A stretch of 64,000 nucleotides of DNA. Source: the human T2T-CHM13v2.0 reference genome, Homo sapiens. Made by a program: the position numbers and the translations under genes. The stretch lies in assembly GCF_009914755.1 (NCBI RefSeq), contig NC_060938.1. The stretch is one strand, 5' to 3'. The notes beneath the pieces are model-generated. The model had not been told where the DNA came from. It did no database searches and worked only from the letters and a program-made list of their open reading frames with translations. Of this stretch, positions 31,303-46,760 are shown piece by piece. Position 1 is the stretch's first letter. Each line of letters begins with the position of its first letter.

Positions 31303-31699
31303 ACAGGTTGCAAGATCTTTGTAAGTTAAATTGCTAACTGTGCATTGTTGGCTATTATATCATGATATTTAAATATAAGAGGAAGTTTAACTCCCAAATT
31401 TATAAGCAAATGGCATAGAATGATTATAAAGTTTTAGGATCCAATATAAAACAAAAGCTTTTGAGATCTTTTAGGCCTTTGTAATCCATAAGTTCAAATA
31501 TTAGGTATAGGGCAGTTAAGTAAATTGCCTAAGGTTGCAGCAGACCTGGGAAGAGAACTGAATAGCTTAGATTCATAATCGTGATGTTTTAGCATGCAAA
31601 GGAAGCTACACTTTGAATATTTGACTTTTCAGAGATAATGTTCCTTCAAGTATCAACATAGAGAAGAAAATAATACCATTTAAAACCTAAGTAATTCTT

Positions 31700-33569
<1,870 letters not shown>

Positions 33570-33654
33570 TTTAATTTATTTATACTTGAATTTAACATAT
33601 TTGATAAATTAATGATATTTTTAGATAAATATATGCATTTTGTGTAAGTCTGTC

Positions 33655-34676
33655 TTAGCTTTGTTGAGGTATAATTGACAAAAAATAAACTACACATATG
33701 TAAGTGTGTAATTTGATAATTACTGACATATACTTTGACAAACCTGTGAAGCTATCACCACAATTAAGTTAGAGAACATGTCCATCAACCCCAAGTTTCT
33801 TCATGCTCCTTGGTAATCCATTCCTTTCAATCCTTCCTCCTCACCTTGTCCCCAGACAAGAAATGATCTACTCTCTCTCACCGTACATTAGTTTGCATTT
33901 TCTAGAATTAATGCAACTTGAATCAGACCATATGTACTTTTCTAAAAAAAGCTGGCTTCTTCCATGAAGAATAACTATTTTGAGATTCATATGTGTTGTT
34001 GCGTGTGTCCATGATTGAAGTTTGTTTCCTTCATCTATTTGTGGACATTTGAGTTGTTGCCAGCTTTTGACTATCACAACCAAAGATGCTATGTACCTTT
34101 GTGTGTAAGTTGTTAAGTAGACTTATGGCTTCATTTTTCACTGGTAAATACCTAGATGTGGATTATAATAAGTGAATGTTTAATTCCAAAACAAAATGAA
34201 AAAAAAAAACCTACCACACTGTTTGCCACAATGGTTTGTACCCTTTTACATTCTTCAACAGCAGAGCATGTTAAGTTCCATCGCCTATTCATACCCTCCA
34301 GGACTTAGTATGGCTAGTCTTTTTAATATCAGCCATCCTAATAAGCGGGTAGTGGTATCTCACTGTGGTTTGAATTGCATTTCTCTGATGAGTAATAATG
34401 TTGAGTACTCATTCTGGTGATTATTTGCCATCCATATATCTTCTCTGATGAAGTGTCTATATTGCTCATTTTTTTTATAATTTTCTCATCACTGAGTTTT
34501 GAAAATTCTTTACATATTCTAAATTTGCAAATATTTTATTCCAAACCATGGCTTGTCTTTTCATTCTTTTATCAGTATCTTTCAAACAGCAGAAGTTTAT
34601 GGCATTTATTCTGTAGTGTCTAATTTATTATTTATTTCTTTTGTGGATTGCATTTTGGGTGCTACATTTAAGAAAT
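33655..34676 (-). mobile_element. Old L1 (L1MC/MD-like) 3' end
   Basis: agctttgttgaggtataattgac (antisense 3' end)...tggacatttgagttgt...gcatttctctgatgagtaataatgttgag. Confidence 0.85.
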
Positions 34677-35062
34677 TATGAAATCATAAAGCTTATAGAA
34701 GAAAATATTTGTGACCTCAGATTAAGCAAAGATTTCTTAGATACAATGCCCAAAACAGAATTTATAAAAGAAATGATAAATTAGACTGTATCAAAATTAA
34801 AAATAAAACAACTTCTGTTGAAAGACACTTAGAAGAATGAAAATACAAGCTACAGACTGTGAGAAAACATTTGCAAAGTATACATTTAATGAAAGATATA
34901 TATTCAGAATATGTAAAGGTGTTTCAGAACTGCATAATGAAACAATGGCTTAAAAATAGATAAAATTTGAATTGACACTTAACCAATAAAGATATATGGA
35001 TAACTAATAATTACACGGAAGATACTCAACATTATTAGTCATCAGAGAAATACAAATTAATG
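34677..35062 (+). mobile_element. L1 ORF2 segment in opposite orientation, embedded in the minus-strand L1
   Basis: tagaagaaaatatttgtgacc...gcaaagatttcttagatac...ctacagactgtgagaaaacatttgc...tcatcagagaaatacaaatta. Confidence 0.85.
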
Positions 35063-35064
35063 AT

Positions 35065-36510
35065 AAATTTTGTGTCAACTTTTGTATATAGATCAATAGG
35101 TGGACCAAAGTTCACTTTTTGGTGTATGGAAATCCAACTGTTATTGTATAATTTGTTTAAAACACTATCCTTTCTCAGCTAAATTGCCTTAGCATTTTTT
35201 GTAATAACCATATATATCCACATATATATGGGTTTATTTATGGATCTCTATTCTGTTCCATTAATCTAAGTCCATCTATTCCAAGACCACATTCTATTTT
35301 TGCAATAAGCCATCAGATAGTGTTAGTCACCCAACTTTGTTGTTCCTTTCCAAATTACTCTGGCCATAGTTGTTCCCTTATATTTCCATCTAAATTTTAG
35401 AATTAACTTGTCAACTTTTGCCACACCAAAATCCAAAAACACAAAGAAAACTTCTAGAATTTCAAATGAGCTTGTTTTGAAAATATAGATTCAATTGAGG
35501 AGTATTAAAAACAATATTGAATATCACAATTTGCGAATAACTCATATCTCTCCATTTATTTAGGTCTTTGTTAATGTTTTTCTCTCAGCAGTATTTTATA
35601 GCTTTTAGTGTGCAGGTCTTTCACATCTTTTCACAGATTTTTCCCTGACAATCATACAGCATCACATTTTAAATGTTTTTAAAATGGTATTCTTTCCTAA
35701 TTCTAAATTCTGTTTATTCTTTGGTCATATATAGAAGATAAACAGAAGATATGGGGTGAATTACAATTAATTTTTGTATATTGATATCTTATTCTGCAAC
35801 CTTGTTGAACTCATTTATTAGCTCTAGTATCTTTTGTAGATTCCATTGTATTATTTACATAGATGATAAGATCATCTGTGAATAAAGACAGTTTATTTCT
35901 TTGCAATATTGATGCGATTTATGTTTTTTCCTTGTCTTATTGTAATAGCTAGAACCTCTAGTAGGTTAATGAATAGAAATAATAAGGGAAGACATCCTTG
36001 CCTTTTCCTAACTTAGATGAAAGCATTCAGTCTTTTATCATAGAATATGATGTTAACTAGGATTTTGGTATTTAGTTTTATCAGGCTTAGCAAGTTCCCT
36101 TCTATGTCTAGTTATCTAAGAGGTTTTTGTTGTTGTTTTTGTTCTCCAGGAACTGTTGTTGGATTTCAACAAATTTTGGGGGCACTTATTGAAAGAAGCA
36201 TACGGATTTTTTTCTTCAGTTTATTAACATGATGAATTATATTGCTTAACTGTTGAGTGTTAAACCAACTTCATATTCTCAGCATAAACTCTGCATCATC
36301 ATAATGTATTATCATTTTTATATATTGCTTGATTCAGTTACTAAAGTTTTGTTTAGAATTTTCATGTCCATGTTCATGAAGGATTTTGGTTGGTAGGGAT
36401 TTTTTTACATTCTTGTATGGTTATTTACTTTTTTATATATCTGAATAATGTTGGCATAATTGAATGATTTGGGAAGTACTCTCTACACTTTGGTTTTCTG
36501 AAAAACTGTG
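35065..36510 (-). mobile_element. Continuation of the old L1 ORF2
   Basis: cttttgtatat...atcatctgtgaataaagacag (antisense FADD region)...tgttcatgaaggattttgg. Confidence 0.85.
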
Positions 36511-37199
36511 TATAATATGACCTAATTTTGATATTAAAATTTTATACAGTTATTTTTCTATTTTTCATCTCCCTATATGTATATTGATACCAATCTAATG
36601 CTATTGATACTAACTGCTGGGTGGTAAGAATTATGATGCTTTGTCTATATGTTTATTTGTATACTTAAACATTGATTGTATGTTTTATAAGCCACGTGTA
36701 GTATTTTTAAAACTATGCAAATCTATTGTTAAAATTTTTTTAAAAATTAACAACTGTATTATAATATTCTGCAATTATAAATGGATGCTGTCGGCACTTT
36801 AAGCTGATTGTCAGAGGATTACACTTTTCAAAATGTTTTCTGAGAACCACTAGTTTATCTGGAGTCCTATGTTGTGGTCATCAGTAAACATGGTTGTTCC
36901 TGGAACATAACAGTAAGTTCAACTATTTCACCTCTGTTTACCAATTTGAAATGTATGATTAGGAATTGTTTTCAAAAAAATTTTGTTAATAATAATTATT
37001 TTATTTCAAGTGTTGAGCATACATTGCAAGGACTATTATGGTCAGTTAATCTCAGGTATCTTTCAGCTGTCAAGATGCAATTCATTTTGTCTCATGTTGT
37101 TTTCAGAATCTTGTGGTATTAATGTTTACAGTAGCTAAATTTGAAATAACGTTGTCTCCATTTCACAAAAACAGATGTAAAAGTGGTTCACTACAACAT

Positions 37200-37315
37200 A
37201 TATTAAAAATATTATAATTATAATTATATAATTAAAATTATATTTATAATTATATTATATGTATATGTTTTAATTATAATTATAATTTTAAAATATATAA
37301 AATATCATTAATAAC
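37200..37315. repeat. AT-only low-complexity tract
   Basis: attataattataattatataatt... seen directly. Confidence 0.85.
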
Positions 37316-39439
37316 ATAAAGAGTGAACAGAATTCCAGTTTGAATATAAAATGTGAATTTGTGAGCACCCAGTCAACTATTATATCATATCAGATAACTT
37401 AAATAATATAAATCAAGTGTACAATAAGAAAAGGAAAATGCCTTTAATCCTCCATATTAGGGAAGCTGATGATGTCTATTATTTAGTTCTTTCTCAGCAT
37501 TGACTTGTTTGGAGTACCAGCTGATGAGGAAATGGACATTGAACTTTTATTTTCTATTATTTTTTAAGCTATAAGAATTCCATTTAAAATTTGCTTTTTT
37601 CCTTTAAAAGGCAAGATGCAAACTGATCTTTAAACAGAGTTCCTGTGTCATAAAATAACCCCCTAGGTCTCTCATTTTAGCTAGGTAGATGTAAAACAGA
37701 AAAGTATGCATTATTCTCGGAGAATAGTATTAACAGACTATTATTGTCCTGGAGCAGGCTGGAGACTTAGATAAACTTTTTGAAAGCTAATTTAAGCAAT
37801 GTTCTTTCTCATTGCAACTCATTACCTCCACAAATTTATGTACATACCAAGAAACTTTAAGAATATTTCGTTTTAAAAGTTCCAAGTTCCAGGTAACTGA
37901 TAAACTGTGGTAACATCCATGGAGGATACATTGAGGACTTCATATGGAATTTGTATCATATAAGAGTGATAATCTGGTCTTGTGGTTTAATCTCCACTTC
38001 TGGGTCAAGATTTTTAGAGAAATGATGGACTAATGAACAGAGATACCTGATGGTGAATAATGTTATGTATTGAACAAGCAGAGTAATAAATATCAAATAC
38101 AAATGCTTAAGGAAAAAAATCCAAACATTCAGTCATAAATTGCTGCCCTACAATTTTTCACATTGATTCTACTTAATGAATTGAAGTTTGAGATTTCATG
38201 TTGGGTGTCCACCATGGCTTGATATGTTTGCTGTAGGGTTTCATGCATCTGGTAAGTGAAGGTAACAAGAACGAGTCTGATTGTTGGAAAGTGCTCACCA
38301 TACACCTACTCATAAAGGCTATTTTAGTATACATTAAAATTTTACCGTATCTCCTTAGGTGTGAGATGAACACAGATAACTAAATGAAGACACCGTGAAC
38401 ATGACCTTGCTACTTTGAGAAGTAAGGAATAAAACTTTACGTAGCCTGTTTAGAATGTAACAATGATTAGAGAAGGTCAATTTGTTTTTCCTCCAAGATT
38501 AGAAAATTAAAGAAGATAGGTAGGAAAATTAAATACAGTGCAAAAGCACTGATACTTTTCAATGATCACCCAATCATTTCTCTTGTCCCTCAATTATCTG
38601 TTTACTGATATAAATGTGTATCAGATTGTTTTGCCTCTCATGTAAGCGATACTCATTTTAATGCCATGAGTTGTTTCCTTTGCTAGAATTATATTAAATT
38701 TGAGTGGAACAAATTCTAAAATACTCAAGTATATTCATTTCCAATTATGATCTAAGAAAATAAAATGAGCACAGAGTGTATCGTAATGATAAAAATTATT
38801 TTGGAAAGCATGCAATTTCCAAATGCATTTGTTTCATTTGTGACCTTTATTTGTTTCTACAATTCTACTTTTGAGTTTACTAAGCATCAAATGGTAACCA
38901 GTAGTCAACTACTGGATAACCATGAGTTTGAATATTCCATAATGGATAAATATATACTGAGTCTCATTCTATATATAAATTATGTGGACCAGGGGACCTA
39001 TGTTTTAGAAATGTGTATGTTAGAGAAACAAAAAACGTTTCAGAGGTCCTCCGAGTAAATATGAAGAAGGGCAAAGATACTATGAGAAAAACAAAAGCAT
39101 AAAGGGTAAATACAATTTCAAAGCTAAAGGTGGATAAAACGATTCCTAACAGGTAGTGTTGGCAGAACAAGCCAATGCCTAATGTTATTGTTCTCCTAAT
39201 TGGCTCATACAAGCAGCTAAACAATATATCTGGCATACGGCAGTAAGTCTTTGAAACCAAATATTCCCTGGACCACCTTGCTAAATAAGCTGCAATTTCT
39301 AAGACTGATATCCCTTGGTTTCTACAGTTAAGAAGCATGATATATTTTACATTTCTGCCCAGCAAAGCTATTTTAGACAGACTTAAATATTTAAATCCTT
39401 TATGGGATTTGACAGAATGGGATGAAATGGCACTGCTCT

Positions 39440-39600
39440 AGAAATTTTGGCCCCAGTTCTGTCACTAATCAGGTGTGTGATTTAGTTAAGTCACTTAAAC
39501 TTTTAAGCTATAACGTCATTGTCTATAAAATATCTGCCCTGGAAGTACAGTTAAAATAATGTGCTTGGAGGGGTTTTTAAAAATTAAAATGCTTTATACA
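39440..39600 (+). mobile_element. MIR fragment
   Basis: ccagttctgtcactaatcaggtgtgtga...aagtcacttaaac...gtctataaaat. Confidence 0.65.
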
Positions 39601-40699
39601 TATAATTAACAATCATTCTATCAGATCTCACACTCCAGTATTTTTATTTATTTTTGCAATAATATTTATGCTATTTAAAAATAGGTAAGGTCCTTATTTA
39701 AAAAATTCATTCAAATGTTTATTTCTCCCTGAGCACATCTTAGCTGTTCAATCATTAAATCTTACTCAGCAAATTAAGTGATTATCCTTTCTTTCTATTT
39801 TTAAAATAAGAGCATGGAAGTACAAGAAAATATTCCCATTGCCCAACTCATAAATAAAATAATGTGTATTTGTTCCTAGTGAGTATCACCAGGTTTACGA
39901 TATTTAATTAAGCAGTGCAATGTAATGTAGCACTCATTCGATAGATAAATAAAATGGTACAGTATAGCACTCCAAATAGTCCTATAGTTTAGTTCACATT
40001 TTCCACATAAATCAAGTTGGTACTACAATAAGTTTTTTGCTTATATATAAATTTATTCTACTCTCTGGAATAAACATTAAAGCAATAATACATGATAGAA
40101 ATACTCAAATACAGTGATTAGATGTTCTAAAAAAGTTAGCCAATTTAATATGCTATAGTTTCTCCTAAGATAACTATTATGAGAATAAAACATAAATGCA
40201 GCTGATTTCAATTTGACAACTCTTTGCAAATCAGATTACCTGAAACTTTTTTACCTCATTACCTAATTATGGAATCCTGACATGCTATCTGGCCTAGCCC
40301 TCTGGTTCCCAATTATTAAAATTTAATCAGTATCCACTTTTCTCTAACCAAGCACATTTAAGTTCTATCAGCAATACAAACTCAAAGGGGAAAAAGGCAG
40401 ATCTATAGCAACTAGGATGTGAGAATTACTTTTTTATGGTCAATGTGACACAATGAATGAACACTATGTATACAACACTAAATTGTCATTCTGTCTTCTC
40501 CCAGTGAGGCAGTGCATTTAATTTCCTCAATTGGACATACTTACTGAATCAGATTAGATGTAGGTAAGAATTTTGAACTTTTAGTTTCTCAGGGAAAGAG
40601 GGCAGCAGCAGGAAGAGACAGACAACACTTTAGCATTCCGTAACTTGATCCCTACACACCCCTTGCGTCCGAGCTGTGCCTTTTCTATCTTTAATTTTC

Positions 40700-41105
40700 A
40701 TTCTACAAATGATCAGCCTATCTCTGTCATCCATATACATCATGCTATTTCTAGCCCTCTGAATCTTCATGCATGCTGGTTTCTCTGTCCCTTACCCCCC
40801 TTTCCCAACCTATTAAGTCTGATCATCTTTCAAAACTCAATTTAGACAACACCTTACGGAAGAGTTCTGATTACTCCTTCTACTATGTAGGATTGAATCT
40901 TCCTCCATTAATGATCTTGTAACATCAAGTCCCTGTGGCATCTTTGCCTTTACTGACTGGCATGGAAATGATCCATGTATATTTCTGACTTCCTGGACAG
41001 TTGGAAATTGTGTAAGGATAGAAATTAGATCATAATAATCTTTGGATCCTCAGCACTTAGTCCAATTGCTGGCATGCAAATAGTCAATAGATGCTTTTTG
41101 AACTG
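40700..41105 (+). mobile_element. L2 3' fragment
   Basis: tcatctttcaaaactcaattta...atctttggatcctcagcacttag...ctggcat...tcaatagatgct. Confidence 0.65.
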
Positions 41106-41418
41106 ATCCAAAGAAATCTTAGAGATAATCTAAGTGCTAGCTTAAAGGTAATCAGATAAGGATTTAAGATCTTAGGAAAAAAAACAGATATAAAAAAATA
41201 ACATAAAATTCTAATTTATTAAAGCTGAATGTATACACTCTGACGTAAAATATTAGTGGACTTACCTGGTTAACATATGGGTACCTTATTCACCTTTCTG
41301 ACATATTCCAATAAAGTAATCATTTTTTTCTTTAATTATGCCTATTATAAAACTGATTATTTAAATTCATAACTATATCTTTATTTCCCAGTTTTGTCTC
41401 CTACCCCACTTTAAATAT

Positions 41419-41561
41419 TTGGTGGGAACATTTAGGGGAGTCATTAACACAATGCAAAACACATAAATTTTGCATTGTATTGTTGACTCGCCTAAGTGTC
41501 CCCACAAAATGTCATTAATTTTTTGCATTGCATTAATGACATGGGTAAGTGTCCCCACCTA
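41419..41561. repeat. Palindromic element made of three ~41-bp units, possibly an ancient MITE (MER125-like)
   Basis: One inverted and two direct copies of ttttgcattgYRtt...gac...taagtgtccccac are seen directly; the family name is tentative recall. Confidence 0.75.
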
Positions 41562-43591
41562 TGTAATTAACACAATGTGAAATTTAAGTTTTTCTAGTCA
41601 TTGAATATAAACAATTGCATAGAAATGTCTTCATCTAACTCATTCAGTGCTTTGAATGTCTAGCTTCCTTTTGTTAACCAACTAAATACTGTATTAATTA
41701 AACTTGGTACCTCATTATAATTAAATAAATATAAGTCATGGACAGATGGACATGAATTAATTAGATCAGATTTATTTTCCATTAATATCCATTTGCAGTA
41801 AGAGAATGGCGTTTTATTTTGTTAACTCATACTTCACATTATGTTTATGTACAGAGAGTATTTAAGGTTAATGATTAGAAGTTTACTTTGGAGAATAAAG
41901 AAAGTAGATAACTTTTTAGCATCATAGGGAAAAGTGAATTTGGAGCTGGGCAAAGATAATCAGAAGAAAAGTAGAACAATTGCAAACAAACATACAAACA
42001 AACACACAAAAACTCACTCTACTGTGGAATTAGAGCTCGGAGAAAAAAAATGACTTCCCACATAGCATGAAATTAGAACTATGACCTTGGAATAACATTG
42101 TTCTTGCTACAATTCATGAACATTACATAAATCTGTGGTTGGCCGTAAGAATGTACATACCATTCATCACATTATTTTCTATGTGAATGCATGTTCTTAA
42201 ATTTAAAATTTAAATAAATGCCTTATAAGTGAACTTTTATAAGATAATCTAATGAATCTCTTTTCTGCTCATATGTTGAGAAGCAAAAGTAACAAGTTCA
42301 GTTGGGTGGTTCTGTTGAACCTATAAATTCTACCCATAGAATGTTTCATCAAAACATGTTTCAAAGCAGTACACTGGGAGTTCTAGAAATAAATTTTTCA
42401 TAAATTCCACTAACTGTATATGTAGAGTCTATTAGTTTCACACTCTAGCATATATTTTTTAATTTATTTAATGACATGTTGACAAAAAATGACACTGTTA
42501 AATGCATATTTGTAATAGGCTGCTTCTTATATATACAGGTTATTTTTTACAGTTTATTTCTGATACTATATAACAATTAGGACAATCTACATTAAGAGAT
42601 CCAAAGGAAAGTAGAGAATATCAGCATGTAGATAGCTCTGATATCCCCCATGGAAAACAATAATATACTTCATAGGTCATGTAAAAGTAGAAATAATGAA
42701 ATCGTATACATTTTTTCTCAGGTTCTCTCTTTGCTGTTTTTCTTAATTTCAGTCTTCACCAGCAAAGAAGAAACATAATGTCAAAGTGTTCAGTTGAGTA
42801 TGTGCTATTGTCATCAGCACCTTCCTGAATTGTGTTGTCATCGTTAGCTTTTAGGCATTTACATTTTTTTACATTAAGATTTTGATGATTTCCTCAATCT
42901 CCATGTATGTCAGGACTATATTAATTAAAATAGTGTATGATGACAAGATCAGAGAAAAAAATGCAAAAGTGAATTAATTTAAAAATCAAAGATTGGTATA
43001 AAGGATAGAGATTCACTCATATGTCTCCTGAAAAATCTCTTCTCTATAAACTGAATATACTTGTTTGCATAAAATGATTTGACTTGTCTGTAAAATAGTC
43101 AGTTGAATCAACCTCCATGATGCAAATGGTAAATCAGTTCAAACATACACTTCAGGTGCTGCATTCTCAGAGTGAACATTTTCCACTGATTTATTATATC
43201 ATTTAGTAATTTTTTATTAATAGTTCATTTTCAAATACCAATTTAGTGTCAACTACTGAACTGTCTATAACAGAAAATACAAAGATAAATCAATCACCAC
43301 TTTAGCTTTAACAAACTTAATAAGCTTAGTTCCTAGGTTAGGAAAGTAACATAGAAGGCTTAAATAAACACAAAACCAAATAAAAATACATGTACATTTG
43401 GAGAGTGACTTAAAGTTTAAACCAAATAGTGCATATAAAGCACTTACTATAGTGTTTAGCATAAAGTGAGTGTTCCACAAATACTGTTTTCATTGTTACT
43501 GATGTTATGTTTGTTAACCTGGGTGTAGAGGCAGGAGGTCATATTTCAGTGGGAAGTTTCAGTACAGATATCTTGACGGAGTTGGCATGTA

Positions 43592-46273
43592 CAAGCATAC
43601 CTCTGAGATACTGCAGTTCATTTCCAGAGCACTGCAATAAGCAAATATTGCAGAAGAGCAAGCCACGAATTTTTTTGGTTTCCCTGTGCATATAAAAATT
43701 ACATTTACACTATACTGCAGTCTATACAGCATTGAGTCTAAAAAAACAATGTACGTGCCTTAATTTAAAAATACCCTAAGGCAAAAAAATGCTAATGATC
43801 ATCTAAGCCTTCACCGAGTTGTACTCTTTTTGCTGAAGTGTCTTGCCTTGATGTTGATGGTTGCTGACTGATCAGGATGGTGGTTGTTAACCACCACCGG
43901 CCTGTGGCGATTTCTTAAAATAAGAAAACAATGAAGTTTGCTGCATCAATGAACTCATCTTTTCATTCAGGATTCTCTGAAGCATGTCTGGTGTTTGATA
44001 GCATTTTACCCATGGTAGAACTTCCTTCAAATTGGAGTCAATCCTTTGAAACCCTACCACTGCTTAATCAACGAAGTTTGTAATATTGTAAATCTTTTGT
44101 TGTCATTTCAACAATGTTTATAGCATCTTCATTAGCAGTAGATTCCATTTCAAGAAACCACTTTCTTTGCTTATCCACAAGAAGCAACTCTTCATCCACT
44201 GAAGTTCTTTCGTGAGATTGCAGCAATTCAGTCACATCCTCGGGCTCTATCTTCTAATTCTAGTTCTCTTGCTATTTCCAGTATTTCTGTAGTTATTTTC
44301 TCCACTGGAATCTTGAATCCCTCATCCATAAGGGTTGAAATCAACTTCTTCCAAACACCTATTAATGTTTATATTTTGACCTCCTCTTATGAATTATGAA
44401 TGTTCTTAATGACATCTAGAATGGTGAATTCTTTCCAGGTTTTTAATTTATTTTGCCCAGATTCATCAGAAGATCCACTACCTATGATAGTTATAACCTT
44501 ATAAAATGTATTACTTAAATAATAAGACTTAAAGTCAAAATCACTCCTGGATTCATGGGCTGCGGAATGGATGTTGTGTTATTAGGTATGAAAACATTAA
44601 TTTCCTTGTATATATATATATATATATATATATCTCCTTTTTTTTTTTGACAGAGTGTTGCTCTTTTTGCCCAGGCTGGAGTATGGAGTACAATGGTATG
44701 ATCTCAGCTCACTGCACCTCCGCCTCCTGGGTTCAAGTCATTGTCCTGCCTCAGCCACCCAAGTACCTGGGATTACAGGCCTGCACCACCACGCCTAGCT
44801 AATTTTGTGTTTTTAGTATAGATGGGGTTTCACCATGTTGGCCAGGCTGGTCTTGAACTCCTGACCTCAGGTGATCTGCCCACCTTGTCCTCCCAAAGTG
44901 TTGAGATTACAGGCTTGAGCCACTGCCCCCGGCCCTCCTTGTATATCTTTATCAGAGTTATTGAGTGACCAGGTGCATTGTCAGTGAGCAGTAATATTTT
45001 GAACAGTAAGTCTCATCAGTGGGCTTAAAATATTCCATAAACTATGCTGTAAATAGATGTGCTGCCATCCAAGCTTTGTTGTTGCATTTATGAAGCACAG
45101 GCAGAGTAGATTTAGCATGATTCTTAAAGGCCCTTGGATTTTTGAAATGGCAAATGAGCATTGGCTTCAACTTAAATGCACCAGCTACATTAGCCCCTAA
45201 CAAGCGATTCAGCCTATCCTTTGAAGTTTTGAAGCCAGTCATTGATTTCTGTCCTGCTATGAAAATCCTACTGACATTTTCTTTCAATAGAAGGCTGTTT
45301 TGTCTACATTGAAAATCTGTTGTTTAGGGCTAGCCACCTTCACTAATGATTTTAGCTAAGTCTTCCAGATAACTTGCTGCAGTTTCTACATCAGGACTCG
45401 CTGCTTCACCTTGCACTTTTTATGTTATGGAGATGGCTTCTTACCTTAAACCTCATGAACCAACATGTGTTAGCTTCAAACTTTTCTTCTGCAGTTTCTT
45501 CACCTCTCTCAGCCTTCATAGAATTGAAGAGAATTTAGGTTCTTGTTCTCAAGTAAGCTTTGGTTTAATGCAATGTTGTGGCAGGTTTGATCTTCTATCC
45601 AGACCACTAAAACCTTCTCCATATCAGAAATAAAGCATTTTGCTTTCTTATCATCTGGTGTTCACTGGAGTAGCACTTTTAGTTTCCTTCAAGAATTTTC
45701 CTTTGCATCCACAACTTGGATAACTGGTGCAAAAGGCCTAGCTTTCACCCTCTCAGCTTTTGACATGCATTCCACACTAAGCTTAATCATTTTTAGCTTT
45801 TGATTTAACAAGAGAGATGTAAGACTCTTCCTTTCACTTGAACACTTAGAAGACATTATAGGGTTATTAACTGGCCTAATTGTAATATTGTTGTGTCTCA
45901 GTGAATAGGGAGACCCAAGGAGGAGAGGAAGAAAGACATGAGAACAGCCAGTCAGTAAAGCAGTCAGAACACAATATTTAACAGTTAAGTTTGCTATCTT
46001 TTATGGGTGTGGTTCATGGCACCTCAAAACAATTAAAATAATAATGTCTAAGATCACTGCTCACAGATCACCATTACAGATATAATAATAATAAAAAAGT
46101 TTGAAATATTGCAAGAATTACCAAAATGTGACATGGAGACATAAAGTGAGCACATGCTGTTAAAAAAAAAAAAAATGGCACCATAGACTTGCTGGAAACG
46201 AACCTTCAATTTATAAAAAACACAGTACGTGAAAGGTCAAAGAAGTAAAGGACAATAAAACAAAATATTCCTA
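43592..46273 (-). mobile_element. Near full-length Tigger1 interrupted by an Alu
   Basis: TA then caagcatacctc TIR; ORF 45042(-) transposase GANVAGAFKLKPMLICH..NPRAFKNHAKSTLPV; far TIR aaaatattccta is degenerate. Confidence 0.95.
44638..44934 (-). mobile_element. AluSx/Sz inside Tigger1
   Basis: Poly(T) head, tcctgacctcaggtgatc; 7-bp internal duplication tggagta. Confidence 0.95.
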
Positions 46274-46289
46274 ACTATCTTCAGGTAAA

Positions 46290-46760
46290 AAAAAAAAGGA
46301 AGGAGAAATGTAAATCAAATAGACATGAACAAAAAGGTGGCAATATGAAAACATGGGGAAGTGAAAACTGAGCTATCTATGGCTGCAATGGAGAGTACGT
46401 GTGGAAAAGTCATGACTGGGAAGGCTTGAGGCCAATTAAGTTGTGCCAATAATCCAAGGCTAAAGGATTTGCAATTCATTCATAAGAGGATGAGAATCAC
46501 AGAATCCCAAGAAAAGAGAATATCCAAAAATGAAGTCAGGACTCAAGAAAGGGTAAGCAAGACCCAAGGAGTGTCTGAACTAGGACTTTGGAAGTGAAAA
46601 CAAGAATGTAACATATGCTTCCAAATAAGAAGTCTGAGAAAGATACTGATAAAATTAGAGAGGAGAAAAAATAAACCCCCAAAATGCAGAATTACAGAAA
46701 TCTAAGGAGCCCAGATGTAAAAAACAAAAACAAAGAATGAAATAAGAATTTGGAGAGTTA
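46290..46760 (-). mobile_element. L2 fragments
   Basis: Weak purine-rich text ccaaggctaaaggatttgcaattcattc...tgagaatcac. Confidence 0.4.

Noticed and set aside
38225-38258. Possible 15-nt microexon (ctgtag|ggtttcatgcatctg|gtaagt)
   Set aside because: Weak polypyrimidine tract and no other exon context; such matches are common
41419-41561. CRISPR-like repeat array
   Set aside because: Eukaryotic context, only three units with one inverted, spacers of only 8-12 nt, and no cas genes
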